Origin: the human T2T-CHM13v2.0 reference genome, Homo sapiens
Strand: one strand, 5' to 3'
Assembly (NCBI RefSeq): GCF_009914755.1
Contig: NC_060944.1
DNA length: 64,000 nucleotides
The notes under the pieces were generated by a model. The model worked only from the letters and a program-made list of their open reading frames with translations. It searched no databases and was not told the origin of the DNA. Made by a program: the position numbers and the translations under genes. Shown one piece after another: positions 31,086 through 47,731 of the stretch (positions within the stretch are counted from its first letter, which is position 1; each line of letters opens with the position of its first letter).

Positions 31086-31469
31086 TAAAATAATTAATTA
31101 ATTTGGACCAAAGTGATATGTTTATCATACTGAGTTTTTCTAAGCGGGCAAATAGCACATGTCTCTGTTAAGCATGTATTCTTTCTTGTCTTTTAGGAAA
31201 GCTGTAGGGTTTTTTGTTTGTTTGTTTGTTTTTGTTGTTGTTACTGTTTTCGTATAAGTCCTGTTTAATGTCTTAAAAGGAGGGCTTTGGGTTTTGTACA
31301 TTAATGTTATACCAAGCGAATTTACTGAATTCACCTTAGTCTTGGTTTTTCAGTGAGTTATCTTGGGGGTTTCTATTTAGAAAAGAACATTATTTGCAGA
31401 TGATAAGGTTGTCTGATCATTCCAGTGTTTCAGTAAGCCTGGAGATCTGAGTCCTATCCAGATTCTATC

Positions 31470-32030
31470 CTCTCTCCCCTTCTCTCCAGGCTAACTACTT
31501 CCGTTCCTTTTCATATTCTTTTATGACATGTGGCTTTGAGATTTGTGACCATGCTCTACTCTGTCTACGTTCTTCCCAAAGTCTGATCTGGCTCACTCTG
31601 GAGTGAATGGAACTGTCACTTTCCTCGTTCTGGTTGCTTTTGCCTGTTAGTATGACTTAAGTTTCCATTAGCTTTTTGGGTAGCTGCTGTTGACTCATAT
31701 TGAATTTATAAGAAAACAAAACCCCCAAGTCAGCTTCCCATTAATGAAGCTACATTTTCCCCATCCTGATTTAAAAACAACAACAACAACAAAAAAAAAA
31801 AAACCAAAAAACTGTTTGTTGAAGCATAATCATCAGACAGAAAAGGGTAAAACTAGTTGTATTTTCATGTGCTGAGCATACCCATGTAACTAATCAGCAC
31901 TCAGATCATGAAACAGAACATTACCAGCACCCCAAAAGTCTTCCTGGACACACGGTTGATTTTTAACATTGAGGTCAAGCGCTGCATTTATCTTGTTGAG
32001 TTTTGAGCCCAATTATCTACCTGTTCAGCT
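31470..32030 (-). mobile_element. L3/CR1 3' fragment
   Basis: ttctctccaggctaa and ctgttgactcatattgaattt motifs. Confidence 0.45.
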
Positions 32031-32793
32031 AGTTTTGGATTCTTGAATGATACGTTAGGACTTTTGTGTCACCAGTGACAAAAACTCAAGCTAACAAGGT
32101 TAACAAAACAGTGTTCACGTAGTGGAGAGTTCAAAGATAGCACAGCTTCAGGCACTTGTGGATGCATGAGACTACCAAGAAATGTCTCTGAGAAGACGAC
32201 TATCAGCAGCTTGAAATATATATCCTAAATCCTTTTGGCAACCTCAGTAAGAATAATTTATTTTCCCAGAAGTGTCCCAGGCTCAACAAGTCCCAGAATG
32301 GAACCTCATTGGCTATGAGGTCGATTCCTGAGTCAATTGTAATGGCTAGATAAGGGAAGCAATGCTATGATTGGTCTGGTTGGAGCCATATGCCCACTCC
32401 TGGAGTCTGCTTCTCCCAAACACATGGACTGACACTTGGTATTATGTTGTACCTACCCACTCCCCCAAAAATATTGGGATGCTATTTCCAGAAGGAGGGA
32501 GAATGGATGCTTGTCAGGCCATAATTAAATATATTCACCTCAAATGAAATATTCACCGGCAGTTTCTACTCCATATCATTCATAATTGCAATAAGGATTT
32601 GCCTTCTAGACCAGAATTGTGCAATAGAATTTTTTTCTGATGATGGAAATGTGCTGTCCAATACAATAGCTGCTAAATTTTTTATTGTATTTAGTTAGAA
32701 ATAATGTAGTCAACTGTGGCTAAGCTAGAGGCTGCTGACTTAGAAACACAGTCATAGGCCATTATCCAAATCCCTGATAAAAATGTTGAATAG

Positions 32794-33655
<862 letters not shown>

Positions 33656-33817
33656 TCAGAGTAGCAATTCATGCACAGACATTTATGGAACATAGTCTGG
33701 ACATCATCAGGCTGGCATTGGTTGTTCAGTGGTGAACAAAACAAAATGGGCCAGACCACCTTGGAGCTCAGAGTCTAGCAAAGTCATTGTGAAGAGAGCA
33801 TAGTATTAACATGCTTA

Positions 33818-34207
<390 letters not shown>

Positions 34208-34857
34208 TCATTTATGAACAATTCTATTTAAATATCGTTCAAGGGAGAGGACACTGTGAGCAACAACTTTGGTGATTACCATCCCATTGCTAAGGACAAT
34301 CTGATTATGGAAAAAGGGGACTTCAACCCATCTTGGTGATCTTGGCGTAATCATTAAACATGATGATTATGTACAACCTTCTGATTATAATTTGGCGTCC
34401 CAGCCAGGTCTGCCTACAAGCACAGAATGAGTTGACCGTGCTTAACTGAATTTCAGACATGCAAGGCAATTATTCTCCTGTGATCCTGGCATTGTGTTTT
34501 TATGCAGCAGCCTCATAAACTTGGATAGTATGAGACTGCTCTTGGGAGAAGAAACTGCTGTTGGTAGGCTGGTCAACCATGGTCGATCACCAAGGTGATA
34601 CCATCCTAGGGATCTTGGGGATATTTAACCAATTGGAACTCCCTTGGAACCTCCCCCAAATCAAACCACAATGACACTCAACCAGCATTTCCCCAGGGTG
34701 CTAATAAGGAGGTGTATGAGAGGCTTGTCAGGTGCTCAATGGAGTCTAGACATTTTCTATCTTTGACATTTCTCAGTGTAGTGAACCCATTGAGAAGATA
34801 GATGAGGCATTGCTAGCATGATTGATTCTTGCTTGGCTTCTAGGGACCACTGTTTCC

Positions 34858-35182
<325 letters not shown>

Positions 35183-35713
35183 CCACTGTTTCCTTTCTAA
35201 TCGAGTGAGAAAATGGTCAGTATTTCTGTCAACAAAATTCATGAGGCTCTTTGTACGCACAGACTTCAGGCCTTTCTCTCAACAATCGCCAAAGCTGGAG
35301 CATCACATGGAGGAACACTGGGGTTTGAAAAACAGGAATGTTCCAGAATCTTCTCAGAGTATTACATTTTCCAACATGTCCATCCCATATTTGTACCAAC
35401 AAACAGAGCTGGTCCCACTGCCCTCATCCTTTGTCTACCATGTTAGGCTGAGGAAGTTGCATGCAGAGCAGAGGTGAAGACTAAGAGAAGAAGATACAAG
35501 AAACCTGCTGAGTAGGGGAGAGGGAAATGGTACCTCTGCCAGTTATGCTGGAAAAGCTAAATGAAACCCAAATCTTGATGGAGGTGTTAGGGTTTTCAGT
35601 CTTTCAAGAGAAGCTCAGGACACAGGCTTTTTGGCTTAAGGACCCCAAATTTCCTGGGCACCACAAAAGTAGTAACGGCAGTCCTCCAGGTGAATCAGTG
35701 TCAAGAGCTAGAC

Positions 35714-36165
35714 TGTAATCACTTGCCTTTTGTTGCATTACAAGCCACTCTTGAAACACTTAGTGGATTGAAACAACAACTTCTTATTTCTCAATGATTC
35801 TTTGGCTTGACTGGGCACTCTTTCTGCTGGTCTTCCCTGGGCAGTTCTTCTGCTGGTTCTGCCTGGGCTCACTCATGAGGCTACAGGTAGCTGCTGGGTC
35901 AGCCAGTGTCTGGGGCTCAGCTGGGATGACCTGGCCTCTCTCTGCCTGTGGTCCTTTATCCAGCATGATGGTCTCAGGGTTCCAAGCAAGTAAGCCCCAA
36001 TGCACAAGTATTTATCCAGCCTTTGCCTGCATCGCGCTTGCTCATGTCTCATTGGCTAAAACGGATCACGTGGCCAAGCTCAGGGTCAGTGTGGGAAGAG
36101 TCTATACAAGCGCTTGGGTACTGAAAGGCATGATTCATTGGGGGCCATTGTTATAATCTACCACA
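35714..36165 (-). mobile_element. MLT1 (MaLR) solo LTR
   Basis: acttagtggattgaaacaacaac...cattggctaaaacggatcacgtggccaagctc...ctaccaca. Confidence 0.8.
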
Positions 36166-37102
36166 CATTCTAGACTTTGCTTTGCTTTAGATCCGAATTC
36201 TAGCAACTCGATGTGATAACCCTGGGCACATCATGTTGCTCGAACACTGTAATTGGCTATTGATGTCCCTGGAATGTCTGAGATGTATGGGGTGGACCAA
36301 ACACTGCCTCTCTCTGGGAACCCCGGACTTTGGGTTGAGAATGCCTAGTGTTTAGGTGGCATTGACTCTAAAACCATGTGGCATTCAGAATTCAGCACTG
36401 GGCAATGGCGCATATGCTGATTTAATTTTATTAGCCTATTAGCTGCATAGACACAACAGTGATTTATGTGATTTTATAATATTATGTTGAACCTTCAATA
36501 ATTGGGGTTAAAGTCTGGATTGATGTTGTAACAGAAACAGGAGTAGAAAAATAATCATCAGCCAGATGGAAGAAATTATTAGTTCACAAATGCAGTGTGC
36601 TCAGTAATAAAATCTTTCAAAATGTGGATGACATAGGTGCAATAGAATATAAAGAGGCCTTCAGTGGAAAGCTTGGGAAGCTCTGCAGAGATGCAGTGGA
36701 CCTTGAAGGTTAAGAATATGGAGTCAGACAAAACTAAATTTTAATCTCTATTTTGTGACCTTGGGCAAGTAACTTAACCTCTTTTGGACTCAGATTCCTC
36801 ATCTGTAAAGTGGAGAGAATGATGCAGGGAAGGGAGGGGAGTGGGTCACCGTGCAGATTCATGGAAATAAAGGATAGACAGTGGACACGGTCAGTGTAGC
36901 TGTTACTATCATCTGCCAGTAGCCTCAGTTACAATAAGCCAGAGGCAAGATTAACATCTCTTCCTTTTTCTTTCTAATTCTTCTGCTCCCCACATTGCCA
37001 TAACTACTCCCATTTTCTCTATCTCTGTTTACTCAATGGCGGCCTTCTATCAGTCAGTCACATAAAAGTATTCTTATTGCAGTCATTTACACTTTAGTAT
37101 GA

Positions 37103-37113
37103 ATGAGTCAGCA
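37103..37113 (+). promoter_or_regulatory. CNC-sMaf/ARE (NRF2/BACH) and AP-1 composite motif ATGAGTCAGCA
   Basis: Exact match to RTGASTCAGCA with a T-rich 3' flank, in non-repetitive sequence. Function is untested. Confidence 0.4.
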
Positions 37114-38015
37114 CTTTTTTGCAGCAATTTTCATTGGAAGCCAGTGGGAAGTGAAAGGCTTTGGCCACCCCTCATAATATATGACTTAAAGCCTGCTTGC
37201 AATAGAGAGCCCTTGCAGAGTCTCTAAAAGAAAAGGACCTGCCCCCTGAAGAACTTCTGAGACCATAGACCTCATGGTGCCCAGCTTTTCCTGGTTGCCA
37301 TGTGTCATCTCTAAAGACAGCCATGAATATCTGTTTTGGTTGACTTGAGCCATTTGAATGTCTAAAACCCATCTTAATAACAAAAGCTCTTTGGAGGGAC
37401 CCTAATTAACTTCTTTAAATTGCTTTCTCTAAACTTTTGGAATTAATACAATCTGTTCCCTTGTTATTAAAAAAAAAAAACAAAACCCTAGGATACTTCG
37501 CAAAACTTCCCCCAAGTTACTTGGCAGCTAACATTTTGTCAAGGAGGCATGGTGGCCAACCTTCCCCTGAATGGGATTGGTTTCTATATAGTCATTCCTT
37601 CCGGCTCATGACTTTCTTCTCCATTTGCTGCCCACGGACGCCGAAAATAACTTGTTTTCTGGCAAGCTTGGGATGAGATTCCTTATGATTTAATCAGATC
37701 CATAATGAAGCTCTCCCAGCTTTCAGGAGAAAACATCCTGAACTGCAGGGCTGGTTAAGGGCAGGGCCCTGGTGAAGAAGAGGAGCCCCCTGCCTGAGCA
37801 GCACATTTGGAGCCAGGAGAGCTGCAACAGGGCCATGCCACCCACCCAGTGGGGTGCCCCCATTGTGGCTGAGACTCCTGGCAGTGCTCCAAGGTGTGTA
37901 CCATGTAAGCTGTGCCTTCCCACTCCCTGCAGCCCAGACTAAAGGCCTCAAAGATAATAGGCAGGACATCGCATCTGTAAATACCAGCTGCTTGGTCCAG
38001 GAAGAGACAGTTTCC

Positions 38016-38018
<3 letters not shown>

Positions 38019-38102
<84 letters not shown>

Positions 38103-38138
38103 AGGAGGAGGAGGAGGAGGAGGAGGAGGAGGAGAGAG
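38019..38138. repeat. Compound microsatellite (AT)22(AG)18A(AGG)11
   Basis: Read directly from the sequence. Confidence 0.97.
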
Positions 38139-38779
38139 ACCAGGACAGACTTGCCCTGGCTGAAACCAGGATTCCCTTGATGGTTCCAAACTGATGTTAA
38201 ATTAGAGGATAACTCCAGATATGATAACAAGCTGGGGGTGGCAAAGTAGGTGGGTAATCAGGGAGCATCTGAGTAGGTGACAGAGAATTGGATAATGAAG
38301 AAGCAGGTAAGGTGATGGGAAGTAGCTGGGGCAAGAGGGAGTAGCCAGGCAATAAGGCAAAGTAGCTGGAGAATGGGAGAGTAACTTGATGATGAAGGCC
38401 AGGCACAAAGTGGGAGTTACTGCAGTGGGGCAACAGAAGACAGCCCCAGACCTGGGGTAGAGGCTACCCTGACCTGTTCCAGTTGCCTTCATTTTGCCAC
38501 TTCCTTAGGTCTTGCTGCTGAGAAGTAAACTCAGCCTAAGTCTGTACCAGTTAGCTGGAATCTGGGCTGTTGTAAACTGTTGTGGTGAAGCTCCCTGGGA
38601 GTGAGGCTGAGGTTGTAGCAGTAGCAGGTAGGTGTGGTGAGTTTATTTCCTTGAGGGAGGGGCTCTCTCTTCTCTCAGCCCCTCAAAGGATGGGTGAGGT
38701 TGCCTGCCAGAGGTCCTGGCACAACTCACACCTGAGCCCCCAATTTCCCCATCATCACCTTCATCCTTCTCTCAACCAG

Positions 38780-38990
38780 ATTTTTATTGGATAACTTAAG
38801 CACCAGGCATTGTGCTAAAAATCTTTCTATGCATCAACTCATTGCATCCTCTCAACAACTCTATAAAATAGGAACCGATAGTAACCCCATCTTACAGGTG
38901 GATAAACTGAGGCTTAAAAAGTCTAACAACTTGCCCACATAAGAGGCGTAGCCAGAACTGTCTGACTTCAGAATCTGTCCTCTAAGCCTT
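38780..38990 (-). mobile_element. MIR
   Basis: ccccatcttacaggtggataaactgaggcttaaa core. Confidence 0.75.
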
Positions 38991-40029
38991 ATGCCACAGT
39001 CATGGTTACTTCTACATGGAGCATTTCTCCTTCAAAAGCTCACCCCTACCCATTCACTATTTAACAGCACTTAACAAGGTCTGGTTTGGGAGTGAAAGCT
39101 CAGGTAGGGTGTCCTGGTTGGGTAAGGAGCCTCAGAAACAATTCAAATGCTCATGGTCCCCACCTACGGTGGGCACAGCCACCTGGCTGCCCTTTTCCAA
39201 ACCCATTGCCCGTGAGGTCTGTTGGATAAAGTCACAGTTTAGAATCAGTCTTCCCCAGGGTGCACCCACCACTGGCAATCAGACCTCATTTGCACTGAGA
39301 CATTTATAGTCCACAGTGAATTTCCATTATCTATATAGAATGAGACAAAGAAACAGAAGGCTCCTGGCTTTAGGAAGTTTCTTCTTCTCTCTTCTGTCTG
39401 ACAGCCATCCTTTCCAGCATGTCTTGGGACAGATGCCATGTCAAGGATCATCTAGATACTTGGAAAATATTGTATAATTCCAGACTTTATAATTTTTTAA
39501 TTAAAAAAATTATGTTTGGATCCTGAAGAGCCTAACTGTATTCCTTATTTAATGAAAGCAATGCAATCGCATTGTCACTGGTGACATGGTCCCTCATTTA
39601 ATAAGCTGCTGGCTCCAAGATAAGCCATCCATTCCAGGAGGTTCTTGATTGGTAAAATTGTTTTGCACTAAAAGGAGCTTAAGGTTAAGCACTAATTAAT
39701 GGAAGGGGGTTGGATTTTATATAGATAGATCGGTAGGTAGGTTTGGGGACATGTCAAATACACCATCTTTGTCTCTGCAGCTGAAAATATATATTTAAAG
39801 CCCACACAACTCCGTAGATTTCTTAAAGCTCCATTTTTGGCAAGTATATTCCAGTCTTGGTGTGCTCTGGTTAATAAGCAGCTTCTGACTCAGGGCACTC
39901 AGTGACTGATGGTTGCATTGACCCAAGTATCTCTCAGGACGCAACTGATGTGGTCAAAATCCCCCAGGTGGTTTGAGCCCACCAGTCTTTCTCGGTGGAC
40001 ATGGCTTGAGAACTTCAGTTGGGCACTAG

Positions 40030-40392
40030 GACACTATCTTATCTGAGGCGGCCAGAAAAAAAATTATAGACTGGGTGGCGTAAACGATAGAAACGTATTT
40101 CCTTACAGTTCTGGAAGCCAGAAATCCAAGATCAAGGTGCCAGAATGGCTGGTTTCTCGTGAGGGCTCTCTTCCTGGCTTTCCACCTCCTCACTGTTTCC
40201 TCACCTGGTGGTGGTTTGGGGGAAAGGAGACTCTCTGGTGTCTCTTTTAAGGACACTAATCCCATCATGGGGGCCCCATCATCATGACCTCATCTAAAAC
40301 TATCTCCCAAAAGTCCCATCTCCAAATTCCATCGCACTGGGGATAGGGCTTCGATGTATGAATTTGCGGGGAACACAGTGTAGTCTATAGCA
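40030..40392 (-). mobile_element. MLT1A-like solo LTR
   Basis: acagttctggaagccagaaatccaagatcaaggtgcc...aggacactaatcccatcatg. Confidence 0.85.
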
Positions 40393-40909
40393 GGCACTTT
40401 CTGTGGCTGGGCAAGACAGCTGTCTTCTCTGATGTCCCTGGGGTTCTCTGTGGTGCTGGAGAAACTGATGGGGGAATTCTCTGGAATTTGTGTCCTGGGT
40501 GGACACAAAGGCCTCAAAAGCTCGAAGCCCATTCCCGTGGCCTGGCTGCATTGAAGGAAACTTTACTGCTGATTGGAAGAGCTATGGGGTCTTCAGACCC
40601 TGCCAGAACACAGGGCATATCATTTTGTAGGGGAGAGCCCTAGTCTTTGAAAACTTCCTGGTGGAAAGCAAAGGAAAGGAGGCAGAGGAAAGGACCAAAC
40701 CTGATTTATTGGGTAAATATTAATAAATGAATGTACCTAGTGGCTGCCATGCTCTTCTGGCAATGAGATTGGAGGAAGGGGATATGATTCAGACCCATAA
40801 AACTCTGGAGAGGGCAGTGGGCTTGTTTACCAAATCCCTGATGCTACCCAGAGAGGTGCCCAGGAACTTGAAGCAAGTAGGGATGTAGAAGGAACCTGTA
40901 TTATTAGGG

Positions 40910-41310
40910 AGGTGTCCTGGTTCTCTATTGTCACATAGAAAAGCTATTCTAAAATTTAGCTGCTTAAATTATCTCACATGGGTCAGGGGTTCAGATGGAG
41001 CCCAGAGGGGAAAATTTGTCTCTGCTCCACAACGTCCAGAGCCTGAGCTAGGATGACTGAAACAGTCATCCTGTAGTCCCAGGGCCTCCCCATGTAGCCT
41101 CTCTACGATGGTGGCCTTGGCAGAGTCAGACTTCTTGGATGATGTCTCAGAGCTCCAAGAGCAAATGTCCCAGGATCCAGGAAGCCGCCAGTTTCTTGAG
41201 ACCTTGGAACAGCTACCAAGCCGACCCCGACTTCAGTGGAAGGGACCAAGACCCCACCTTCTGATGGCAGGAGTTTGATGGTCTCCACTGGGGCTGTCTT
41301 TAAACTGCCA
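40910..41310 (-). mobile_element. MLT1 LTR fragment
   Basis: ctaaaatttagctgcttaa and tctgatggcaggagt motifs. Confidence 0.55.
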
Positions 41311-41635
41311 TGGGAGGCTACCTGCTGCGGCATTTTGAAGTTTATCTCTTGCTCATGTGACAGCCCAGCACGGGTATTCATGCTTACTTCAGCCTGTGGG
41401 TGGGGAACGGGGAGTGACTGCTAGTGCGGGTTCCTTTTTTTTTTGGCGGGGTGGGGGAGGGTGTGTGAAATGTTCTGAAATCGATTGTGGTGGTGGTTGC
41501 AACTCTGTGCAACCATCAAAGAGGGCAGCTCTCTTCAACACAATGACCCCATGCCTAGGCTTCTTCCATCCTATGGCTCTGCCCGCTAGATCAGAGCTGT
41601 CCAATAGAAAAAGAATTCAAGCCACATATGTAACT

Positions 41636-41930
41636 GTATTTATTTATTTAGAGCCAGGTTCTTGCTCTGTTGCCCAGACTGGGGTGCAGTGGCAAAATCA
41701 TGGCTCATTGCAGCCTCAGACTCCTGGCCTCAAGCTGTCTTCCCACCTCAACCTCCCAAGTAGCTAGGACTACAGGCACATGCCACCACACCTGGCTGAT
41801 TTTTAAATTTTTTGTAGAGACAGGGTCTTGATATGTTGCCCAGGCTGGTTTGAACTCCTGGCCTCAAGCAGTCCTACCACCTCAGCCTCCCAAGGTGTTG
41901 GGGTTATAGGCATGAGCCACTGTGCCTGGC
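41636..41930 (-). mobile_element. AluJ
   Basis: Antisense dimer. Confidence 0.9.
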
Positions 41931-42109
41931 TAGTAATTCTTAAATGCACTAGTAGCTACATTTTTAAAAGGTAAAAAAATAAACAGTTGAAATTAATTTT
42001 AATAATATATTTTATTTAATCCAATATATCCAAAATGTCATTTCAGCATGCAATCAATATAAAACTTATTAATGAGAGATTTTACATTCTGTTTTTTTCA
42101 TATCTTTTA

Positions 42110-42594
<485 letters not shown>

Positions 42595-43646
42595 TAGCCA
42601 TATTTCAAGTGTCATGGCCACACATGGCTCGTAGTCACCACATGGGGCGGTATAGCCCTGGATCCTCAGAGTTCCCTCATTCAGGTTGGAGGTGGAGATT
42701 GCAGGGGAGGGATCTGCAGGCCAGATCTGGAAGTGGCAAGTTCAGCCCGCATTCCACTGACCAGAACCCAGACTGTGGTCGCACCTTTGCAAGGGAGACT
42801 GGAACAGCATCTAGCTTTGTGCCCAGGAGGATAAGGAAGCAAGGTCTAGCGAACACTCAGCAGAGTCTCTCCCAGCAGCCAGCAATTTTCTGTGCATCTA
42901 CTATGAGCTAGTCAGCCTGGTTGGCAGGCTGTATCTAGGTTTTGAGTAAGGTGGAAGAAATTTTGCTTTATATACTGGTTTCCCTTAGCTCATAGTTCAT
43001 ACTCCTTAAAGTGGCTTCCAGGGTCTTCCATGCTAACTTGCTTCCCAGTGCTCCCAGGGGCCCCCTGCAGGTCCCAATTTGCACACTGTTACTCATGCTC
43101 TTCCTCCCACTGGGAGTATCCGTGTTCTCCTCCAGTAGTGCCCATCTTCCCTGATTCTCCCCATTCCCTGGGTCCTCTTCAGTCTCTTATGCTCCCCTTT
43201 TATGCCCTTCACCATATACAGACATACAGGCAGCATGAGTGGAGAAACATGCAGTTCAGAAGCAGCTGGGCCTGGATTCCAGCCCCAGTTCTATGACACA
43301 CCTGCTGTGTGACCCTGAGGAAAGTCACTCAACCTCTCTGAGTCTCATCTGTCCCCTCTGTAAAACGGAAATAACCAGAGCTACCTGGTGGGATGTTGGC
43401 CCCCACCTGTCCCAGTGCTGCACAGCTGCAGGCCAAAGCCCAACTTGGTATTTGAGCTGGTTCTGACCTGGGCAGGCCCTAGAAGAGGATGAGACCCCTT
43501 CCCACTGAGGGAGGTAGATTTGATCTTGTGATGAGATGTCCTTGTCTATGAGTTGCCTGGGAGAGCCAAGACTCCTGTGTCCCTCCAAAGTGATGGCTCC
43601 ACCTGGGGGGCTAGGCTCTGCCTCAGGGTCACCATCCAACTTTTAA

Positions 43647-44115
<469 letters not shown>

Positions 44116-45954
44116 TACAGTTCTTCTTTTGCTTCTGGTCTCTTACTGGACTCTTGTGAGGCTGACACCAGCCCTGACCAAGCCCAGTCTCCTTGGAGGA
44201 GAGGCCCAAGTCCAGCCCACAACTGTGTAGGGCCCCCCAGCCTTGTTGCCTCCCATGCCTGGCTTCTTGCCCTCTCTCTAGGGGCAGGGCATGCTGGGCT
44301 GTCTTCCTGAAGCACCCAGAAAAGTTATGAGGAGGGGACAGTTAATGCCAGGTGACCAGTGACCCTGAGCCAGTCCTCATTGCTATGTTCAGAAGAGACA
44401 AAGGCAATGTTAGCATAGTGAATGTTGAACTGGGCTGGGTGCCGTGAAAATGATATAAGGCAGAAACTATAAGGCGGAGGATACTATTATACACCCATTT
44501 TATGGAAGAGGAAGCTGAGGTGCAGAGAGGTTCAGAGACTTGCTCAGGTCTCACAGCTCCGAGTGCTCAAGTTGAATTTTGACTCAATATCACATGAATG
44601 CCCCCGACACAACCCTACCACCTAAAAACTAAAAGGAAGATATGAAAGCAAATGTAGAGAGAATATAGCTAGTAGCCAGAGGTAAAGTGAAGAGTCCCAA
44701 AGACTCAGAAATAAAATCACTGTCTGACCCTTTGTCCAGAAAATTCCTGACGTAATGGATGGGCCTCATCATCCCGAGAAACCCAGAGTCAGAGTCAGGA
44801 ATAAGCAGGTCCTTGAGGAAATGAGGAATGGGATGAAGAAGAATGTTCAGGAGGGAGAGCATGGCCACAAGGGTGACTGTGGCCTGCCCTAGGGTGGGGA
44901 GTGCAAAAGCAAGATCTTGGAGCTCTTGGGTTCCTTCCCTGCTCTCCTGCCCACTCCAGATTCCATCAGTTATGGCCTTTGGAGGCTGTCTGATCTCTGC
45001 CCTGCTTCCTGGCTCACCCAGCCACTGCTTGTCACCAATTCAGCTTCCTGGGTGTTCTGATGTTCGAAAGAGGGTGTGTGAATGGTGGACGAGAACATCC
45101 TGGTCTATATGAAGGAGTGGGCTTCAGGGTCAGTAGATACAATGGTCCCCCTACTTAGTTCCCTGGTGCTTGGAGACCATCGTGGTGCTGGGTCATGAAG
45201 CAGAGAGAACATTTGTGGGCTCTCCCAGCCCAGAACTGAAGCTTCTGAACCATGGTGACTCTAGGAAGCCCACCACCCAGGAGTCAGCCTGCCTCCCTGG
45301 ATGCAAGTTGCCTCTGGTGCTTACAAACCACAGCACAAAACACAAAAAATGTGGAAATGGGGACGTTCCCAGAAGGCAACTTCCTGGGGCTCAGATAACC
45401 CTGGTCTGACCGCAGAGACCTGATGCACCTCGTACTTCCCCTCCTGTCTGTGAAGCATGAACTTGGCTGGTGTCATGCCTCTGTGACTCAAAGATCCCTG
45501 CTGACAGGTTTAACTCCCTGCATGGCTGAGCCCCTGCAGAGCCCAGGACCACTCCACTAGGCCAAAGTGAGGGGTAATGGAAATGAAAACTTTCCACGTT
45601 TCCGTGTCTGTCTCCCCGTAGCCTGAGCCCACACCATCTGCCTCCTTTTACTCTGGCATGGATGATGGGAAGGACCAGGCCCTTTCCAGGTTCCTGTTCT
45701 GGCTCCTCTGTACAGCAGCTGTGTGATCCTGGGCCAGTCGCTTTGCCTATCTGCACCCCAGGTTTTTCATCTGAACAGTGACGGTCACAGTAACACCCAC
45801 CTCAAGGGAATTGCGAGAATTAAATGAACCTGTGGATGTCATCCTAGAACAGTGACTGGTATATAGTAGGTGCTCAATAGAGGTTAATTCCCATCTTTTC
45901 TGCTGGGGGGCCCAGATGAGATGAAGGTTTTCTGTTTAATGAAAACGTGCACAA

Positions 45955-46515
45955 AAGCCCAGCAGCGCTATTCCTAGATATATTCCCCCAAGAGAAATGA
46001 CATAAGTCTACATAAACACTTGTCTACAAATGTTCATAGCCACATTTCTCACAATCACCCCAAAGTGGAAACAACCCAAATGTCCATCAACTGATGAGGG
46101 GATACATGGAATGCAGTCTAGCCATACAATGGAATATCATTCTGCCATAAAAAGAAATGAAGGACTGACACGTGCTATACCATGGATGAACTTTGAAAAC
46201 ACTATGTTAAGTGAAAGAAGCCAGACACAAAAGGCCACGTGTTCTAGAACTCCACTGGTATGAAATGTCCAGAATAGACAAATCTATAGAGACAGAAAGT
46301 AGATTAGGAGTTACCTATGGCTCGGGGTGTGGTGGGGAATGAGGAGTGACTGCTAATGGGTATGGGGTTTCTTTTTGGGGTGTTCAGATGTTCTAAAACT
46401 GATTGTGGTGATGATTGTACAACTTTGAATACAATTTTAAAAAACTGAAATGTACATTTTTAATAGGAGAATTGTATGGCATGTGAATTATGTCTCAATA
46501 AAGCCGTTTAAAAAT
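45955..46515 (+). mobile_element. L1MB 3' end
   Basis: ggaaacaacccaaatgtccatcaactgatga...gtgaaagaagccagacacaaaaggccac...ctcaataaagc. Confidence 0.88.
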
Positions 46516-46559
46516 GAAAAGTCAGGGAGAGGAAGAGAAACTTACTAGCACTTGCTAGT

Positions 46560-46750
46560 GCCACTGGCTTAAATTGCTTCCTAAATATTCACCCATTTCA
46601 TTCTCACAACAACCTTTTGGGAGGTCCTTTTATCACCCCATTTTTGCAGTTGTGGAAACAGAAGCACAGAAAAGGTGAAGTAACATGGCCAGTCACACAG
46701 CTAGTTAGCAGACCTGGAATTTGAACTCAAGCAGTGGTGGTTTAGAACTG
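46560..46750 (-). mobile_element. MIR
   Basis: ttctcacaacaacc...cccatttttgcagttgtggaaacagaagcacaga. Confidence 0.7.
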
Positions 46751-47272
46751 AACCGCCACCGTAAGCTGCCCCCGACTGCAACCAGAGGTCGGACTTCATG
46801 TATAACAGAGGGAGTCACAGGACCTCATTCACCCAGAAAGACCACCGGAGTCCCCCACCTCTCACAGAGGGATCTGCCAGGACTTGGGTGCACAGGGTGT
46901 AGGGCCTAGGTACCAGCAGAGAGCCAGGCTCTGAGAGGCAGACAAGAAGTGGGTGTTTCTGGGTGACACTGTGGGACTAACATGTCTCTGACCCAGTTTG
47001 AGAGTGCCTGGCCCCTCCTGGAGCTGGAGCTGCAGAAATCGATTTGCAGACTGCCGGTTTCCACTTAATTAGCATGGCCTCCTTCTGGCTGGGAAAACAC
47101 CATTAAATGGGCTGGGTTGGCCTGGAATCATGCCGGTGGCCTCGGCCCTGGTTCTCTGGGGCTATCTGTCTCTTGGGCTCTGTCCCCTTAGCCAGGCTGG
47201 AATTCAGAATGGCCCGAGTTTCTGGTTTGGAGTATGAGGCAAATTCTACCCACGTCCAAGCCCAAGTGTTAG

Positions 47273-47731
<459 letters not shown>

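Noticed and set aside
34290-34330. KDNLIMEKGDFN, resembling a LINE (RTE-like) endonuclease motif
   Set aside because: A single short motif with no confidently identified neighbours; needs a Dfam search.
37755-38230. ORFs with YIYI, ERER and poly-R/P/L runs
   Set aside because: Translations of the compound microsatellite.
46495-46505. Sense AATAAA in an L1 3' end as an intronic poly(A) site
   Set aside because: Common in L1 relics and no clear downstream GU-rich element.
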